Assembly: GCA_045656385.1 (NCBI GenBank)
Contig: JAZORB010000025.1
Location: 1-41,210 of the forward strand
Length of the DNA: 41,210 nucleotides
Source: Eubacteriales bacterium
Lineage (GTDB): Bacteria > Bacillota > Clostridia > Oscillospirales > CAG-272
Direction of reading: 5' to 3'
Of this stretch, positions 39,145 to 41,210 are shown in pieces. Numbering within the stretch: the first letter of the stretch is position 1; the number at the start of each line of letters is the position of its first letter. Both the position numbers and the translations under genes were made by a program. The notes under the pieces were generated by a model that saw nothing but the letters and a program-made list of their open reading frames with translations, had not been told where the DNA came from and searched no databases.

Positions 39145-39424
39145 TTTCGCTCCTTTCTGCAAGTGCCTTTTTCGCTTCATCTCGGGTGAGAAAGATGCTC
39201 CTGCCGATTGCCCTTTCATCAAAGGCAATGCCGTTGGTATCATATATTACTTTCTCTATCACTAAAGGATATATCCTTACTCCATCCGTTTGGAAAACCA
39301 CATCTCCCGCCTTGCAAGGCGGCACGATCACTCCCTCGGCAAGAAGGTGGTCGGCAATCTCCGCAGATGTTCCTGACCCCCAATAACGAGAGCCCTCTAT
39401 CAAATCAATCAGCCTATTCCTCAT
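39131..39424 (-). CDS. Hypothetical phage protein, paralog of 907..1272
   Basis: Shared motifs (see 907..1272). Confidence 0.65.
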   Translation of the reverse strand: MRNRLIDLIEGSRYWGSGTSAEIADHLLAEGVIVPPCKAGDVVFQTDGVRIYPLVIEKVIYDTNGIAFDERAIGRSIFLTRDEAKKALAERSENGKS

Positions 39425-39593
39425 TTTTCTCTGCCTCCGTAATCATCAAAACATTTTGAGGCGCGGTTTCAAACTTCGTTCCATCCTCTGCTACGATCAG
39501 AACAATTTCGCCGTTCATCGTCACCTTCTGCGGATTTTTAATATCACACACAGGACAATCGAAACCGCCCATCCAAATTTGCACTCTCGTCAT
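39414..39593 (-). CDS. Small CxxC hypothetical protein (59 aa)
   Basis: GGAGG RBS. ATGA overlap with the upstream gene. Confidence 0.5.
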   Translation of the reverse strand: MTRVQIWMGGFDCPVCDIKNPQKVTMNGEIVLIVAEDGTKFETAPQNVLMITEAEKNEE

Positions 39594-40207
39594 CCCTGCA
39601 CCTCCACATAGCAATAACTTTGAGGCGGTCTTTCGATCGGCTTCGCTCCGTTGCAACCGCAGTCGCTCTCGTCGAACTCATACCCCCTGCCATCAATGAA
39701 GTATTTGCAATCGTCGCATCTGTCGCCGTCATAGTAAGATTTGCAGAACGCCTTGAACTCACCCAACTCCCTCGGCTTATCGTAAATCACAATGTTGGAG
39801 ATGTGCCAAGCAAACAAGCGCATAGATGTTGCTCCGTATGCGTTCAGATCCACCTTGGGTATGCACGATTTTTGAATAGCCGTTATTTCGACCTCTATAT
39901 CATCGTTACCGAACACATTGAGCGATTGGTAGCAATAATCAAAATTGTTGTTGATGCCGCGCTTTCCAATCGTGTCTATTCGTCCGCATACAAACTTGCA
40001 GGCGCACTTGCCGAGATACTTCTGCATCCACCCTCTATCCTTTTCGGGGATGCGCTTGAACGACCGCATATCCTTTGAGCAACGGAGGAACACATCCTTA
40101 TTCCAATCCTCTGCTTTCGGGAAATTCTTGCCGACCTCAATCGTCTTTTTACCGATGAGGATCAGATATAACCAATACGGCTTGATGCTTCTCAAAACTG
40201 CTTTCAT
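39590..40207 (-). CDS. ASCH/PUA-like domain protein with Cys-rich C-terminus
   Basis: N-terminal SIKPYWLYLILIGKKTIEV pattern typical of ASCH domains. Confidence 0.45.
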   Translation of the reverse strand: MKAVLRSIKPYWLYLILIGKKTIEVGKNFPKAEDWNKDVFLRCSKDMRSFKRIPEKDRGWMQKYLGKCACKFVCGRIDTIGKRGINNNFDYCYQSLNVFGNDDIEVEITAIQKSCIPKVDLNAYGATSMRLFAWHISNIVIYDKPRELGEFKAFCKSYYDGDRCDDCKYFIDGRGYEFDESDCGCNGAKPIERPPQSYCYVEVQG

Positions 40208-40554
40208 TCCGTGTCCTTCCTTGATTTCCGTTTTTTGTTAAGTATTTGATGAACCCTTTGCCTTGAAAGTCCATATTTTTTACCGATTTCGGCAAAAGTA
40301 AAACCACAATCTCGCATAATTGCAATTTCTTTGTTGCGAAGTTCTTCGTTTTCTTCATCATCACCTATAAAAACAACAATTTCCTCAAGGACTATTCCGT
40401 GGTTTACTTTAGCGCAAAATTTTGTATCTTCAAAATCTGCGACAGAGTATGGTCTATCTTTATTTGTTCTGTTATCTGGGTGTCGGAGACAATTTTTTCT
40501 ACGGCACTTATGGTTAGAGCAAAATGTAATATCGTCTGTTCCGTAATAGCTCAT
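40204..40554 (-). CDS. Cys-rich N-terminus plus sigma-region-4-like HTH protein
   Basis: FAEIGKKYGLSRQRVHQILNK. Confidence 0.5.
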   Translation of the reverse strand: MSYYGTDDITFCSNHKCRRKNCLRHPDNRTNKDRPYSVADFEDTKFCAKVNHGIVLEEIVVFIGDDEENEELRNKEIAIMRDCGFTFAEIGKKYGLSRQRVHQILNKKRKSRKDTE

Positions 40555-40901
40555 TCCGTGTCCTCGCTTTCCCTATAATCTTTGTATAGGTAGCAATATT
40601 CTTTAGCGGAGCAATGCCTCTCGCATTCTTCAATGTCAAAATATTCGGGGTCGCACGAAAAACCGCAATCTTTGACAAGTGCAAGTCTGTCTTTAGGATT
40701 ATCCCAATCGAGATGCCATTTGCCCTCTTTGTAATACTTATCGGCAATCGGTTGTCTATACACCTCAATATCGGTGAATGCAGATTCGGAACAACAATCT
40801 GTTGCCATTGCCAACGACCTTGCTTTGCCTCTCGTTTCGGCAAAAACAACCTCCGCGCCGTAATAGAAAGCATCTTTGCTTCTAACAAGCCAAGCCTTCA
40901 T
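40551..40901 (-). CDS. Hypothetical Cys-rich protein
   Basis: ORF track. ATGA coupling at both ends. Confidence 0.55.
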   Translation of the reverse strand: MKAWLVRSKDAFYYGAEVVFAETRGKARSLAMATDCCSESAFTDIEVYRQPIADKYYKEGKWHLDWDNPKDRLALVKDCGFSCDPEYFDIEECERHCSAKEYCYLYKDYRESEDTE

Positions 40902-41210
40902 TCCGTGTCCTCGCCTTCTTCAGGGTAACTGAATTTTCTCGTTTTCGTATCGTATACAGCCAAAGGCAAGTCCGTAACAAGAGTGTATTCCTCCGCCTTC
41001 TTTTTGATTTTCCCGACGATATCATCGTTTTCGTTCAGTCGTGCAAGGTCTCCGCAAATCATTCCTGTTTCGGCATCGGTTAAATTTGCGTAATAACCTC
41101 TGCTTTCTATAAAGAAGATTCTTCCTCCGACCTCGATTTTCTTGCCAAGAGCTTTTACTCGACACTCCTGATTGCGGTCACGGTCGAGCATCCGCTTCCA
41201 AAAGACCTCT
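40898..41210 (-). CDS. C-terminal part of the junction-spanning 149-aa ORF (see 1..159)
   Basis: The frame stays open upstream of the Met at 41191 to the window end and continues at nt 23-159. Confidence 0.6.
   Translation of the reverse strand, partial: EVFWKRMLDRDRNQECRVKALGKKIEVGGRIFFIESRGYYANLTDAETGMICGDLARLNENDDIVGKIKKKAEEYTLVTDLPLAVYDTKTRKFSYPEEGEDTE

Larger units (their letters stand above)
1..41210. mobile_element. Complete circularly permuted temperate phage genome (unique length 41188 nt)
   Basis: nt 1-22 = nt 41189-41210. Integrase, CI/Cro-like switch, terminase/portal/capsid modules. No housekeeping genes. Confidence 0.85.

Noticed and set aside
38653-39189. 178-aa plus-strand ORF antisense to the early gene 38659..39144. 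The same applies to other plus-strand ORFs within nt 1-9000 and 38300-41190 (e.g. 1340..2083, 2465..2983, 6409..6840, 39620..40078).
   Set aside because: All lie opposite coupled, RBS-preceded minus-strand genes with recognisable motifs, and none has an RBS.

Overview
The window is a complete, circularly permuted temperate phage genome. Nt 1-22 are identical to nt 41189-41210, so the unique length is 41188 nt, and one ORF reads straight through that junction. There is no host flank.

Gene layout:
- Leftward early operon (minus strand): starts at a Cro-like gene (9132), runs down to nt 1, wraps, and continues 41188->38297. It carries small coupled ORFs, a DUF3846-like protein and a recombination set (Rad52/Sak-like SSAP, YqaJ-like exonuclease, NinB-like, small HNH-like, SSB). 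It also carries an HTH protein, a DUF4373/Lin1244-type replication initiator with internal iterons, a 687-aa C5 cytosine methyltransferase and an ASCH-like protein.
- Lysogeny module (plus strand, 9286-12624): short CI-like XRE repressor, an AT-rich cargo gene for a membrane-anchored protein, a convergent 45-aa ORF, an HTH/coiled-coil protein coupled to a tyrosine integrase, then a highly repetitive attP-like region ending in a tRNA 3'-end mimic.
- Late operon (plus strand, 13190-38262): TerS, TerL, portal, a 568-aa helical protein, a 2686-aa polyvalent-type giant protein, scaffold, major capsid, a few tail/fibre genes with BspA-like LRRs, and a cluster of membrane proteins.

No tape measure and no recognisable endolysin are visible, so a short-tailed virion is inferred. 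The strong GGAGG ribosome-binding sites and the domain types suggest a Gram-positive, probably gut Clostridia, host; this is inference only.

Most interesting observations:
1. The methyltransferase has eight tandem TRD-like modules.
2. An 81-codon out-of-frame ORF with native codon usage and its own RBS sits inside a low-GC patch of the giant gene.
3. A consensus-promoter, opposite-strand moron in the late operon shares its N-terminal decapeptide with the giant protein.
4. There is an AT-rich cargo island between the repressor and the integrase.
5. A consensus promoter plus terminator pair appears to specify an antisense small RNA in the early operon.

All functional calls come from motif recognition by eye. 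No database search was possible.
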